From contig NC_082720.1 in NCBI RefSeq assembly GCF_030144855.1, forward strand, positions 22,816,001-22,880,000: a stretch of DNA of 64,000 bases, given 5' to 3'. The notes below the pieces were generated by a model. That model did no database searches, had not been told where the DNA came from, and saw only the letters and a program-made list of their open reading frames with translations. The stretch comes from Hypanus sabinus. Taxonomy: Eukaryota. Both the position numbers and the translations under genes were made by a program. Shown here in pieces: positions 13,738 through 26,831 of this stretch; position 1 is the first letter of the stretch, and each line of letters begins with the position of its first letter.

Positions 13738-14209
13738 AGGTATGTCAGAGGTGAATTTTAATAGACTTTTGTTTAATGTGGAGGCATTTGTACACCGCTC
13801 CTCATCCCTTAAACTTGCACTGGGATCTGTGCTACCTCCCTGCTATTCCTATCCTCATTGTGGCCTGTGTGTCCTTTCCCTGTCCACTCGTAGTTTTTCT
13901 TCAGATCTGGGGTTGACACATTGGGTCATAGATTTCCACTTGTGGTGCATCTATCATTGGACAGGTCACATTACTGTAAGCAGCTGGATGAACCAGTTGG
14001 CAGTTTTGTCCCTTTAATGATTGAGTTGCTAATTGGGTTTAATGCTTTTTACATTTCCAGAATAAAGGGTGTAAAAATGATGATATTTTAAGATGGAGCA
14101 TCTCCCTTACATCAGTTGAGATTGGCAGAAATAAAGTGGATGGAGTGCTTTAGTGTTCATTTCTGTACTCAGGAAAACACTTTATTTACACAATTGTTGT
14201 AATGTCAGA

Positions 14210-15140
14210 TTTAGATAGGCGTAGACTTGCAGCATTCCTCCGATCAAGATGCCTCCGAGCTGCAATGTGTGTCGAGGGGTGGTTCAGTCTTAGTTGTGTT
14301 TTATAGGTTTGTAGGGACAGTTTTTGGGACAGTGTGGGGATTGAGGGGACAGATAAAGATTTAGGGACAGGGATGAGGGGAGTTAAGGGTAACAGGCAGT
14401 AAATGAAGAGTCAAGGCAGGGGCCAGTGGCCGTGTCCAGGTCTGAGTGATCTGTGGTCGAAGGCCAGTGATCCTCGTGGATGAATGTCGGGTCAGCAGGC
14501 ACTGAGTAGATTAGTGACCCCTGTCTCAATGACTGAGATCAGCAGACTCCCTTAATGGGGGTTGGTGACCCACCAGGTTGGTGAGTCATGGGATCAGATG
14601 CTTGTGTGGGCAGGAGGCAGGTGGGCTGATGACTCCCCCCACCCCAAGACTGTGAGTCCCTGGGTCAGAGGCCTGTGTAAGCTCAAAGTTTGAGTACTGG
14701 AGTTTAAAGTCCTGGGCTTGATAGCAAAGATGAACGTCAGTCCAATAATCAAGACCCATGAATTAGTGTATCCTGAAGCCAGAGGCCCGATGTGTGCAAG
14801 TACGGGATAGGATCTGGAGGCTGGAGGCCCGGAGGTTGGAGGCCTCTCTGCATGTGAGTGGGTGAGTGGATGGGAGGAAGGAATGGGGCTTGTTTTACTG
14901 ATCTGTTGCTGCTGTTGTGGTTATTGTTGCTTGTGTTGTTCTGTTGAACATTGTGGGCTGTTGTGAAAGATGTTATTTTGTGCCATTTGGGAAATTCTAA
15001 TGAGTTGAGAACAGTGGGAACTCTTTTTCCACACCCAAGCCCATAGTAAGGCTTTTCTGTGGACTGATATGGCACCAGGGGAATTTTATGACGTGCCAGT
15101 GTCAGGGTTGTTTGTAGGAACCTAAATATGATTGATTTTA
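14210..15140 (+). repeat. Composite interspersed repeat (LINE 5' UTR-like plus SINE-like element)
   Basis: G-rich low-complexity stretch; second half is similar to the reverse complement of 10945-11370. Confidence 0.4.
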
Positions 15141-16439
15141 AAAGCCAACCCAACATATTTGTAAAGGTTTAATGTGCTTAATGATTATTGGAGTGGAGGA
15201 GTTCCTGTGACTTAGGAAGCTTCCACTCCCTCATTGTCATCTCAACTAGCATTCTGGATTAACAAAGGGTAGGGATTGCAAAACCAAGGCAGAGCTTTAC
15301 ATAAGGGATTCAGAGCTTCTTTAGCCTCCTTTATAAAACTTGCTGCATTTCATATTGGGTGCCACATTTGCTTATCTAATGTTCAACCATTTTTGTATCA
15401 AAGAGATTGAGATTCAGGTGATTCGGTTGGAATTACAATTAAATTCCAGTGAGCAGGTTATTGGTGGTTCATTTTCCCAGAGTATGATTATACAGGGAGG
15501 TTAGGAAAAAGCAATTTTCTCCAAGTGCTACAGTTGGTAACATTCACCCTGCTGCAGAAAGCACATCTGTGCTATTATGGGCTTTGAACGTGCAGTGAAG
15601 AAATGGACTATTGCCTGAAAACAGGGCTGGAGAATGATATGGCATGAGGTGTTTGAGGGATGCATATAAGCATTTTAATTATTGTGAATAATTATTCACT
15701 ATATAGTTATTTTTAAATATTTCTCTGAAATGACAGTCATGGCCAAAGCAAAAGGAGGTCTGCTTAAACTAGAGGCAGGACCCAATGGACATCCAGGGGC
15801 ATTGACTGATCAGTTGATACAGTGAAACGATGAAAGGTCCTGTTGGTGTGGGTTGTGGGTTAGAAAACAGAGGAGCCAATAGTTAAAAGTACTACTATCA
15901 CAGTTTTGATGAAGGGTCATTGACCTGGAATATTACCTCTTACCAGAGCATTAGTCAACACAGCACAGGTTTTCGAGTGACTGAGGGAAGCTTTGAAAAT
16001 GCCATGTTGAGCTTTGCACATTGCTAGAACTCCAATATCCAAAATAAATTGTCCGCAGCTAAGGCACAGGAATAGTTATTAGGCTACAGTGTGAAATAGT
16101 ATGTGCAGGAAGTGTTTTAACCTTTGTGCAAAGAAATATGTGTTCCAAAGACTATTCTAAAGCTCATCTTCCAACTACAGAGGAAGAAAAAATAATATTG
16201 AGTAATTAATTGAATTTACATAATTTAAATGTATAAAAAATCTTCACATTGGATTGATTGGATTTCCAGGAGTATAGAAGGATGACAACAGTTCAGTGCT
16301 GTTCTGACTGAGCAATAGGTCAGGTTCAAGGGGCCGAATGTCCCCGGTCATTGGTGAAGGTTTGGCAGCTCAGTGGGTTTGTGAGCAGGTGTGCAAATCA
16401 GATGCTGCAATCATGATCAGAAATGTTAGTTTGATTCCC

Positions 16440-16960
16440 ACCCGGGCAGTTTCACTTTTGGTTGAGAAGTGGTAGACAGGACTCAATCTGATAATGTGTG
16501 AAGTGATACAATTTGGAAGGTTGAATTTGAAGTCTGTGTACAAGGTTAATGGCAGGATTTTTAGCAGTGTGGAGGAACAGAGTGATCTTGTGGGTCCATA
16601 TCCATAGATCCCTTAAAGTTTCCATGCAAGTTGATAGGGTATTTAAGAAGGTGTATGGTGTGTTGGCCTTCATTAGTCGAGGTATTGAGGTTAGGGTGAA
16701 AAAGTGTATGTAATTTTAAAGTGACTAGAGGAAAGTATAAGGAGATGCCAGAGCTAGGTGTTTTATGCAGAGAGTGGTGGGTGTGTGGAATGTGCTGGTA
16801 GATGTAGATAGATCAAAGACATTTGAGAGACTTTTAGATAGCGCATGGATGAAGGAATAATGGAGGGAAGGGTCAGGTTGCTCTTGGAGTGGGTTAAAAG
16901 GTCAACACAACAACTGACCTGAGGAGCCTGTGGTACACTGCTCCATTTTCTATGTTATAA
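16440..16960 (+). mobile_element. CR1-type LINE 3' fragment
   Basis: Similar to the CR1 copies at 47.7-48.5 kb and 61.5-62.3 kb; ends in a ctatgtt-type tail. Confidence 0.8.
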
Positions 16961-17668
16961 CTTTTTGAAATGCAGTAGCTGAGGTGGGGGCTGTGTTTGA
17001 GTGAGGGACCTGGGAGGGATATAATCGAGTTCCCAAGTGATGCCTGGTCTGATTTTGAGGATTGCCTCTCTTGAGTTTTGCAGGCTTGGAGGTGAATTAC
17101 CGGGGTGTTTAAAGTCCAAATGGAATTTTGGGGGATAGACATAGAGAACCTACTCCTTTTGGCAGGGTTCACAACCATAGTGTGTTGATAATCTTAAATA
17201 GAACAAGGTCACTGCTGTGATGCCCAGAACAATTATTTTCCTTACAGTGAGAAATGTAGAATTCTCATCCTTTCGACTGTGGTTATTGCGTCAGTTGAAC
17301 ATATCAAGGCTGAGCTAAATTGTTTTTTACTTGGAAAATGTGAGGCCAACTTAGGTTGAAAATGTGGAAGCGAGTGTTTTAAATGGTCGGGAATGAAATG
17401 TCTTTGTGTCCAACAAACCTGGGTCTCCAAGGCTGATCGTTGAAAATGTACTTGAAGCTATAGCAAGTGATTCGGTAATCCTAAGAGTGTTCATCCGAAG
17501 AGCAATGCCACTTCAATAATAAAAACATATTTTGATGTTATTTCTCCAATCCTTTTAGCTTTTAACACAAATTACTTTGTCATTATTGTGATGAATTTTC
17601 ATCTGTGGATGCTTGCTCACTGATCAGTCCAGTCAACCTCAGCTGTAACTTTCTTTGGCTGGTTTCAG

Positions 17669-17892
17669 ATTGAGTCACCCTTGTCACTGGATCAGAAGTG
17701 TGAGGTGGACTGATTAGAACAAGCAAAGACACAGTAACTTTGGCAACATCCTCAAGATACTGTCTTAGTGGTAGAATTGGGGAAGGGGATGTATCCCTCA
17801 CTTCTGGAGAGAAGACAGCAGGTTGTTCTGCTGCTGCATAGTGATTCCTGGTTGGTTTAATGATCTTGAATTGAATCTCCTGATCTTGGATG
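17669..17892 (+). pseudogene. TIM-family IgV pseudo-exon, opposite orientation to the other copies
   Basis: Acceptor ctgtaactttcttt...tttcag closely matches that of the 59758 exon. Reads D*VTLVTGSEV*GG / LIRTSKDTVTLATSSRYCLSGRIGEGDVSLT / (frameshift) DSRLFCCCIVIPGWFNDLELNLLILDG|gtaaac. Two CGA>TGA-type stops, internal deletion, frameshift. Confidence 0.9.
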
Positions 17893-18009
17893 GTAAACCA
17901 ATTCAAGATTGCTTAATGTTATTTACTGTATTCTAGCATAAAGGAACACAAGATAATTGTTACTCTGGATGTGATGCAACACAAACAAAAACAAAAGTTA
18001 AAGAATGCA

Positions 18010-18552
18010 ATAATTTTTTAAAAACCACAATAAATATAAACAGATGAGATCGTCTATGTATATTGATTGTACGTCCATAATATGTTACTGGGCACAACAA
18101 TGATATTTATGAGTATAGATTTTTGCTTTTGAGATCAAGTTTACCCATTCATTATTACAATTTATAATTTTTATAATCCTGATTTTATTGATTTTGGTGG
18201 GGATTGAACTGTACCTTTCCTACCATTGCTGTTATACATGTTACATTTTGAAGGATATATTCCTCCCCCCTGCCCTCTTCCCACCTTTGATGGTACGTCT
18301 TTATCTTTTTGGTTTGCTGTGAAATAGTTCCTTCCCACTCCTGAATCAGTGAAACCTCACTATGATCCTCAGGAGGGATGGTCGTCCTGTTTGATGTTTT
18401 GATCATTCGCAGGGAAAAGTGCCTTGATGGGAAAAGTTCTGCCCTTATAAGCATTTTGAAGGGCTGAAGAATAAGTTTCTTGCTAGCTATGATCTGAACA
18501 TTAACACTTCCAAAGATTTGGATATGAATGCGTATCTGGTGAAGTTTTATTT
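18010..18552 (-). mobile_element. L1-clade ORF2 3' fragment with tail
   Basis: Minus-strand sequence resembles an L1 ORF2 C-terminal region and ends in an A-run near 18015. Confidence 0.6.
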
Positions 18553-18554
18553 GC

Positions 18555-21500
18555 TGCCTCACTGGCTTTTTTGGTATAATATTTTTTGAAAAATATTTGA
18601 ACTGAAAATAGGGGCGAGAATGGGGAAAAAGAATGGAAATAAAAAAAGTGACACTGCGGAGCCTGCGTCCGAGAGGAGTGCAGCGAGCGGCTCTCCGACC
18701 CGACCACGTGCGAGCGAGGCAGCTGCTGGGCCTCGTTCAGTCGAAGCGGTGAATGTTTTCAAAATCCTGGAAGAAATAATGGAGTTCCAGAAAGAAATAG
18801 AGCAGCAGCTCTGTGATGTTAAGGCAGAGGTCGCCAGCGTAAATCAAAAAAATAGCGGTGGCAGAGACTCGCATTGAGAAGGTGGAAGATCGCGTTCAAA
18901 ACATGGAACGGATACTGAGCAAGACAATAAAAATAATACATCACCAAGAAGGTAAACTGCTTGATCTGGAGGGAAGAACACGGCGGAAAAATATCACAAT
19001 CTACAATGTTCCCAAAGGAGTGGAGGACCCGTCTATGATGTAGTTTGTCGGAAAGTTACTGCGGGACACGCTGGAGCTTCCCCCGGCTATGAAGCTGGAA
19101 GTCAAAAGAGCGCACCGCACGTTAGTTCCAAAACCTACTGGGGATAGAAAGCCATGATCAATTATAATTAAATTCCTTCGGTACAGCACCAAGGCAGAGA
19201 TTCTACGAAGGGCCTGGGGTAAGAAGAGAGTGTTTTTAGAGGATAAATTAATATATTTCAACCAAGATTACCCCCCCCCCCGCCCCCGCGGTCCTCCAGA
19301 AACACAAAGAATACTCTGAAGCAAAGCGAGTATTAAAGCAAAATAAGATTAGATTTCAAACTCCGTATCCTGCTAAACTTTGAGTGTTTATGACAACGGG
19401 ATGCAGTTGTACTGGACAGTGGAAGAGGCGACTACAGACATGAAAGCCAGAGGGTTGTCCGTCAGCATGACCAAAATGAAAGAAAGCCTGGCTGAGGAAT
19501 TGTCTTGTTCGATTGGGAAATAGTGCGAGAATCGAGAAGGCAGGAGACGGGAGGAAGCCGAGAGAAACATATCAGGAAGAGACCGGGAGTTTCCCAAAGA
19601 CAGTCCTCACCCCTTTCAGAAGGTTTGGCTAACTTTAAAAATGCTGAGAAGCTAAACAGAAGCAAAAGTAAATGGTGATATACCTATCTTGAGAAATACT
19701 TATTATAATGTGGATTTTATGTTACTTAGTTGTTATTCTTTATTCGCTCACTTACTCCTTTTACNNNNNNNNNNNNNNNNNNNNNNNNNNNNNNNNNNNN
19801 NNNNNNNNNNNNNNNNNNNNNNNNNNNNNNNNNNNNNNNNNNNNNNNNNNNNNNNNNNNNNNNNNNNNNNNNNNNNNNNNNNNNNNNNNNNNNNNNNNNN
19901 NNNNNNNNNNNNNNNNNNNNNNNNNNNNNNNNNNNNNNNNNNNNNNNNNNNNNNNNNNNNNNNNNNNNNNNNNNNNNNNNNNNNNNNATCTTTTCTGTGT
20001 AATGGATTTGTTCTCTGACTTTTATGAATACTGCAATGGGGGCCCTCAACTCACAAGTAGGAGGTGTTATGCCCCACAGCTAGACATTTCCTTTAGCTCA
20101 ACGGAGGGTCATTTACTAGAGACCTCAGCCTTGGGATCACACATTCATTGCCATTTTTGTTATTATTTGAGTTTCTTGGTTCTTATTTGTTCAGGGAGTA
20201 GATCGAATAAGTATTATTCTAATTTCAATGATACATTGACAGCTAAATACAAATGGCTAAGGACAAGGTAAAATTCATTTCTTTTAATGTAAAAGGGCTG
20301 TTAAATCCAATCAAACATGAGAATTCTATCCAAAATAAAAAAAAGAACAAGCCCATGTAGTATATTTACAGGAAACTCATTTAAGTGATAATGAGCATAA
20401 AAAACTAAAGAGAATGGGCTTCACTAATCTGTTTTTCTCCTCATATAAATCAGGACATAGGAGAGGAGTTGCTATTATTATCTCAAGTAAGCTAAATGTT
20501 GAAAAAATATTCAAAATGGGAGATAAAGAAGGCAGATATATTCTGGTAAGGGGGAATATAGATGGCAATTCAGTTACTCTATTGAATATATACGCACCCC
20601 CGGGAAGTGATATTGGTTTCTTTCAGAAAATTACTGATATTATGGTAACGGAAACAGAAGGTCTCCTGATATGTGGGGGAGACTTAAATTTACAATTACA
20701 ACCAAACTTAGACTCTTCCAATATCTTTACATAAGGAAGTCAATACATTTTTTGAGGATGTTGGTTTAATTGATATATGGAGGGACCTTTCCCCTGACAG
20801 AAGGGATTACACTCATTATTCTGCTCCCCATTCCATATATACAAGAATAAACTATTTCATAACATTTGGAAAAGACAAAGACAAAATAAACACCTGTGGA
20901 ATTGGGATAATAGATCTAAGTGACCATGCACCTATATATTTATCTGTTGATATTACTATTTGAAATACTATTTGGAAACTAAATTCAAGTCTACTCATGA
21001 TCCATAGTTTAAGGAACAAATTAAAAACGAAATTGGTCTCTACTTAGAATTTAATGATAATGGAGTGGTTTCACCTCCCATTTTATGGGATACTCTGAAG
21101 GCGGTCTTAAGAGGGAAAATTATAGCGATATCTTCATATAAGAAAAAAATAAGGAATAAATCCTTAGAGGAATTACAAAATAGACTGAAGGGACTAGAGA
21201 AAAAACACAAATTGAATTTGGTACAGGAAATTAGGGGAAATTAAAAGAATTAGGAATGAAATAAATAATTTGGCTACGCAAGAAATCAGGAAAATGTTTC
21301 TGAAACAGAGACATTCTGAAAGTGGATCGAAATCTTTGAAAATACTGACATGGAAACTGAAAAAGAAGATAGCAGAAAATACAATTCATAGAATTAGGGA
21401 CCCAAGAACGAAAATGATAAAAAAGTAAGCTAAGTGAAATTCAAGAAGCTTTTGAAGTGTTTTACAAAATGCTATATTCCAAAGTTCCAGGGGGAAGCAT

Positions 21501-22203
21501 AACCCAAATTGACACCTTCTTGAATTCTCTAGAGTTACCCACTTTAAGCGAAGAACAAAATAGAAGGATGACTGCTGACATAACTGAAGTTGAATTAAAA
21601 GCTGCAATTAGTAGGCTTAAATTAAACAAGTCACCAGGATCAGATGGGTATACAACAGAGTGGTAGAAAGAATTTAAAAATTAGTTAATTCCTGTTTTAC
21701 TCCCCACACTGAACTGGGCTCTAAAACAGGCACAAATGCCACCTAGTTGGAAGGAAGCAATAATCTCAGCTAGACCGAAAGAAGGCAAGGGTAAAACGGA
21801 ATGCGGGTCATTTAGACCAATATCCGTTCTTAATGTAGAATATAGGTTATTTACCTCCATCATGGCCAAACGATTAGAGGAGTTTCTACCCATACCAATA
21901 CGTAATGATCAGACAGATTTTATACGACAATGCCAGACTCAAGACAATATATGAAGGACACTTCACATTATGGATCATAAACAAAAAATAAAATGTATCT
22001 GTTGTTAAAAAGAAGATCACTCTCTACTTGTACATAGTTCTTTCCTTTTGCTTGTTTTTTCTTTCCACCCTTTTCTATAAGTGTATACCTCAGATAAATA
22101 CTTTGTGGAGATTTGTGATTATATGATGTATATGTACAATGTCTGAATTACATCTTATGGAAATATTTGTTTGATGAACTTCAATAAAAAAATCACAAAA
22201 AAA
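18555..22203 (+). mobile_element. L1-clade LINE: ORF1, spacer with gap, ORF2 endonuclease and start of RT, 3' UTR and poly(A); disrupted and internally deleted
   Basis: ORF1 from 18620 (coiled coil, LEGRTRRKNITIYNVP). ORF2 from 20253 (MAKDKVKFISFNVKGL, ICGGDLN, KSPGSDGYT, FRPISVLN). 3' UTR with aataaaaaaatcacaaaaaaaa at about 22180-22203. Confidence 0.92.
19765..19987. other. Assembly gap (N run)
   Basis: 223 Ns within the L1 inter-ORF spacer. Confidence 1.
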
Positions 22204-22344
22204 ATTCTCATGTAAAATCTCCTTAAATCTTCATGGAATGTTAATTGAGAAATCTGGTCAATTTTGATGAGCAAAAGCACAAAACTTCCTTTACAGTGAA
22301 GTGGCTGGCCGATTTCTTGCTGCAGGAACACATTTAATGTTTTT

Positions 22345-22585
22345 TTTTAACACAAGAAATTCTGCAGATGCTGGAAATCCAAAGCAACATATACCAAATG
22401 CTGGAGGAACTCAGCAGGTTGGGCATGCCGAAGACACACGGGTTTGTAAATTAATTGGTTGCTACAAATTGCCCCTAGTAAGTAGCGGAGTAACAAAATA
22501 GGGGGGAGTTGTTGGGAACATAAGATCAAGAAAATTAGATTAATATGATTTTAGTGTAACTAGATGTTTGATGGCTGGCAGGACC
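22345..22585. mobile_element. Penelope tail fragment (minus) abutting the 3' half of an HE1-type SINE (plus)
   Basis: gctggaggaactcagcagg (Penelope end) followed by ctacaaattgcccctagt...gatgtttgatggctggc (SINE body and tail). Confidence 0.6.
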
Positions 22586-23470
22586 CTTGACTCTAAGACT
22601 CTTAAAATTAACAATGCAAATTCAGATTTTAGATTTAGATTTATTTATGACAAGGACATCAAAACATACAACGAAATGTTTTCGCAAACAATGTACCTCA
22701 GGATGTGATGGTGATGGCCTGCATGTGTTGCCACATATCCTGGTGCCAAATAACCATATGACTGTGGAGGAATTAATTTGAACAGTTGTGGAGGATCAAA
22801 GATGGGTGAAGTAATGCAATGGGAAGACTTCCAATCTATGGGTGTCCATGTTGCACCTGAATGGGCTGGGTTCAATCCTGCACAATCGGTTGATGCTCAA
22901 TTAATGAATGTTAAAAAACACTTAGCCCAGAAAGACATAACGTGCATTCTGTTAAAGGTAACTTTTCTCAAATTAACAAGCAACTTTGACAACTATATAT
23001 GGTGTGGAGTTCACACGAGGCATAATTTCTTTGTGAATTTTTTTACTTTAATTTGACAGAATTAGTTTTGCTGAAGCTAATGTTTGTGAATCTAATGCTC
23101 CAAAGTTGGTAAATTGTGAGCCATATTACCAGCCGCCTGAAATCCAGCATCCACTCGTTGAGGTGCTCTTTTGGAAATTTCAGTCCTCAGTCTGTTATCC
23201 TTCCTCACATGGTTTCATTGTAGCTATTGTCTCACTCTTTCCTGTTTCTAGATCATCCGAGTGCCTGCTGACTATGAACTCCTGGACACCTTCCAACCAT
23301 GTGCCAATGGATTTCTCAGGTGCCACATGTCCATTCTGCACTGTGAATGATTTCTGGACTGTCTTTCAACTGAATGCTCTGAAACTTTTGAAAGCACAGC
23401 CCCACAAATTAAGTGCACTGATCCAATCGATTCCCAGGATTGCTGTTATACACATGCAATCTACAGTGTA

Positions 23471-23990
23471 ACCATGACAGAGTCATGGAACTCTACAGCA
23501 CATAAGTTGGCCCTTTGGCCCATATGGGCTGCACCAAACCATTAATCTGCTCTGTCCCATTGACCTGCACCTGGATCATATCCCTCTGTATACCTCTATT
23601 AAATCTCCCTGCTTTCTCTTGCACTTGGGAATAAAGTCCTAATCTATTCAACCTTTCTCTATAATTCAGGTCCAGAAGTCCTGGCAACATCCTTGTAAAT
23701 TTTCTCCTGCAACTTTATCAATCTTAGTGACAACTTTCATGTAGGTAGGTGACCAGAACTGTACACAATACTCCAAATTAGGCTTTACCAATGTCTTTTA
23801 CAAAATCAACATAACATCCCAACACCTGTACTCATAACTTTAACTTATGAAGGCCAATGTGTATAAAGCTCTCGTTATGACCCTATTTCCCTGTGACGCC
23901 ACTTTCAAGGAATTATGGATCTGTATTCCTAGATCCCTCTGCTCTACCACATTCCTCAGTGTCCCACTATTCACTGTACAAGTTCTATCC
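23471..23990 (-). mobile_element. CR1-type LINE 3' fragment
   Basis: ORF 23493-23690 reads MLPGLLDLNYRERLNRLGLYS. Confidence 0.85.
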
Positions 23991-24009
23991 AGCCTGAGAA
24001 GTGACTTGG

Positions 24010-25080
24010 ATCTTCTCCAATTTGCCCAACAGCACAACAGTTCCATGACAAATGCCATTTCATTGGCTGTTCTCTCAAGTCTGGAACTTCTGGACAACAA
24101 AGGTACATACATCAGGATGCTCTTTATTGACCACAGCCCAGCATTCAATTATCCTCTCAAAACTAATCAATACACTTTATTATCTTGGCCTCAATACATC
24201 CTTGTGCAATTAGATCCTCAATTTTCACTTACAGACCCCAGTCAGTCAGATTGGCAACAACATCTCCTCCACAACCTCTATCACCACTGGTGCACCACGA
24301 GGTTGTGTGCTTAGCCCTCTGTTCCACTCACTTCACACTTGCACAGCTCCAATGCCATATTTAAGTTTGCTGATGTCACCACTGTTGTAAACTGAAGCAA
24401 AGATGGCGATAAATCAGCATATAGGAGGGAGACTGAAAAACTGGCTGAATGGTGCCACATTAAAAACTTTACCCTCAATGTCAGCAAAACCAAGGAGCTG
24501 ATTGTTGACCTCAGGAGGAGGAAACCAGAGGTCCATGAGCCAGTCTTCATTGGGAGATCAGAGGTGGAGATGCTGAGCAACTTTAAATTCCTCAGTGTTA
24601 GCATTTCAGACTTGTCCTGTGCCCAGTACTTAAATGCAATTACAAAGAAAGCATGGCAGTGCTTCTACTTCCTTAGAAGTCTGCAAAGATTTGGCATAAC
24701 ATCTAAAACTTTGACAAACTTGTATAGATGTGCGGTGGAGAGTATATTGACTGGCTGCATTGCTGCCTGTTATGCAAAAACCAATGACCTTGAATGGAAA
24801 ATCCTACAAAAAGTAGTGGATATGCCCAGTTCATCATGCCACCATTGAGCACATCCACACGGAGCGTTGTCTCATGAACAGCATCCACCATCAGAGACCC
24901 CTCCACCCACTTCACGCTCTCTTCTTGCTGCTGCCATGAGGAAGAAGATGCAGGAGCCTCAGGGCCCACACCACCAGGGTCAGGAACAGTTATCTCCCCT
25001 CAACCACCAGGTTCTTGAACAACAGGGGAAAGCTTCACTCAGCTTACTTACCCCATCACTGTTCCCACAACCTAGTTAAG
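24010..25080 (+). mobile_element. Rex1/Babar-type LINE, RT C-terminal half and 3' end
   Basis: Frames give YIRMLFIDHSPAFN, KFADVTTVV, LNVSKTKELIVD, and KAWQCFYFLRSLQRFG...LYRCAVESILTGCI. Confidence 0.8.
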
Positions 25081-25239
25081 TCAAGTCAAGCTTATTGGCA
25101 TTTAACTGTATACATGTATATAATGTATATAGAAACAAGACAAAGTTTCTTTGAACCAAGTTGCAAAGCACATTAGTACACATAACACACAGAACTGACG
25201 ATAACTTTTGAAGGCAAGGATAAAATCTATAGATGAAAA

Positions 25240-25490
25240 CTTTGCCTCACTTTGAAGTACTCTTCATCCCATGCTCTTGAAATTTATTTATTTATTTTTT
25301 TCCTTTGTATTTTGACAGTTTTTTGACTTGTGCACACTAGTTGTCCATGCCGTTGCGTGCAGTCTTTCCTTGATTCAATTATGGTTATTGGATTGATTGA
25401 GTATGCCTGCAAGAAAATGAATCTCAGGGTTGTATATGGTGACGAATATGTACATTGATAATAAATTTACTTTGATATTTAAACTTTGAT
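25240..25490 (+). mobile_element. Rex1-type LINE 3' tail
   Basis: gcaagaaaatgaatctcagggttgtatatggtgac...gataataaatttactttga tail. Confidence 0.6.
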
Positions 25491-25659
25491 GAAACGCATT
25501 TATGGTGTTCTGTGAATAGCTTGTTATAAGTTACGCTCTGCCTCTCTGAAGCTCAGAATCTAAAAGTAACACTGGCATTTTGAACAATGCATTCCTCCCT
25601 TCTGATTGTTCCATTGTCATTTTCTTTCTTGCATATAGAAATATAGAAAGCCCTGTAAA

Positions 25660-26545
25660 TCTTCCGGTTTAAGATGACGAGACCAAAGATGATGACAGGC
25701 AGTTCCCAAAGCCAGAAGTACATCTAAATACTTTATTAATAACACTTTTTTTTGAAAAGATCATTGCAAATGATCACTGCAAACAATGAAGAGGTGAGCA
25801 AAGGTGAGGCTGAGCTGAGGGTGGAGGCATGTGGGTGCGATGCAAAGTTGGAACAAGTTCAGATCGAGGCATGTTTGAGGAAAAGTTGAGGCATATTTAA
25901 GAAGGAGTCAGGGTGTGTGAAGCAGAGAGAATTCGGAGTGGAGGAGTCTTGGAACCCATCCATGTAATCCGAGAGCGAGGTTTGATTGATCTAAATGCCG
26001 GGCAGATTGGGAAAGGTTGGGTATGGGCCGGAATGTGGTGGTGGGGTCCAGGCTCAGAGTGTATGAATGCATCAGGGCCTGGGTCTTAGAGCGAGGAATG
26101 TTCTGATGTTTGGATGATATAAACACTGGGCCGGATAGACTGGAAAGGCAGGATGTTGTGACTGGAGGTGAGGATTGGGCCGGTTCTGCTCACTGCTCAG
26201 TGACATTTCCTCCACTCTTTGCTGCACTGCTGAGCCTGTGGGCCTGCTCAGGGCTCAGTGTCTGCGAGCTCCATGATGCTTTGCTCTGCTGTGTGACGAA
26301 CTGAGGCTGAGGCTGTGGGCCTACTCCAGCTGCCCCGGGTTTCTGTGCCTATCACTCACTTGTATTCTGAGTGCTATCGCTTGCTTTTATTATTTGCATG
26401 TTTTGTGTGTTTTCCCTTCTCGTTTCTGTGCATTCGGTGCTTGTGGTCTTTTGAAAATAGGTTCTTTTGGCTTTCTTGTTTTGCGGCTGCCTGTAAGGAG
26501 ACAATTCTCAATGGTGTATAATGTATACGTATTTTGATAATAAGT
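25660..26545 (+). mobile_element. Non-autonomous retroposon with Rex1-like tail
   Basis: Starts cttccggtttaagatg; G-rich body; 3' end similar to the 25240-25490 tail. Confidence 0.5.
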
Positions 26546-26618
26546 GGACTTTGAACTTTAAAATCTTCCACCAAAGTTTCACAACAATGTTGCTTTCGTG
26601 GCAAGAAGGCTGAGGTTA

Positions 26619-26831
26619 TGATGCACCATCAATAACTCACACTGAGACGTAAGGCGAGATATCGGCTTTTATTGACTGGAAGAAGGAACCAGGAGTGAGT
26701 GTCCATCATACTATGACCTGGAGACTGAGGCCGAGCGTCAGGCCTCAGATCGCCTTTATACAGGGGCCTGTGGGAGGAGCCACAGGAGCAGTCAGCAGGG
26801 GCGTGTCCAGACAGGCACATAGTTCACCACA
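26619..26831 (-). mobile_element. Small solo LTR (213 bp)
   Basis: TG...CA termini and a perfect 5-bp TSD (GGTTA). TATAAA and AATAAA on the minus strand. Second copy at 37258. Confidence 0.88.

Noticed and set aside
17583-17906. 107-aa minus-strand ORF
   Set aside because: Antisense shadow of the plus-strand TIM pseudo-exon.
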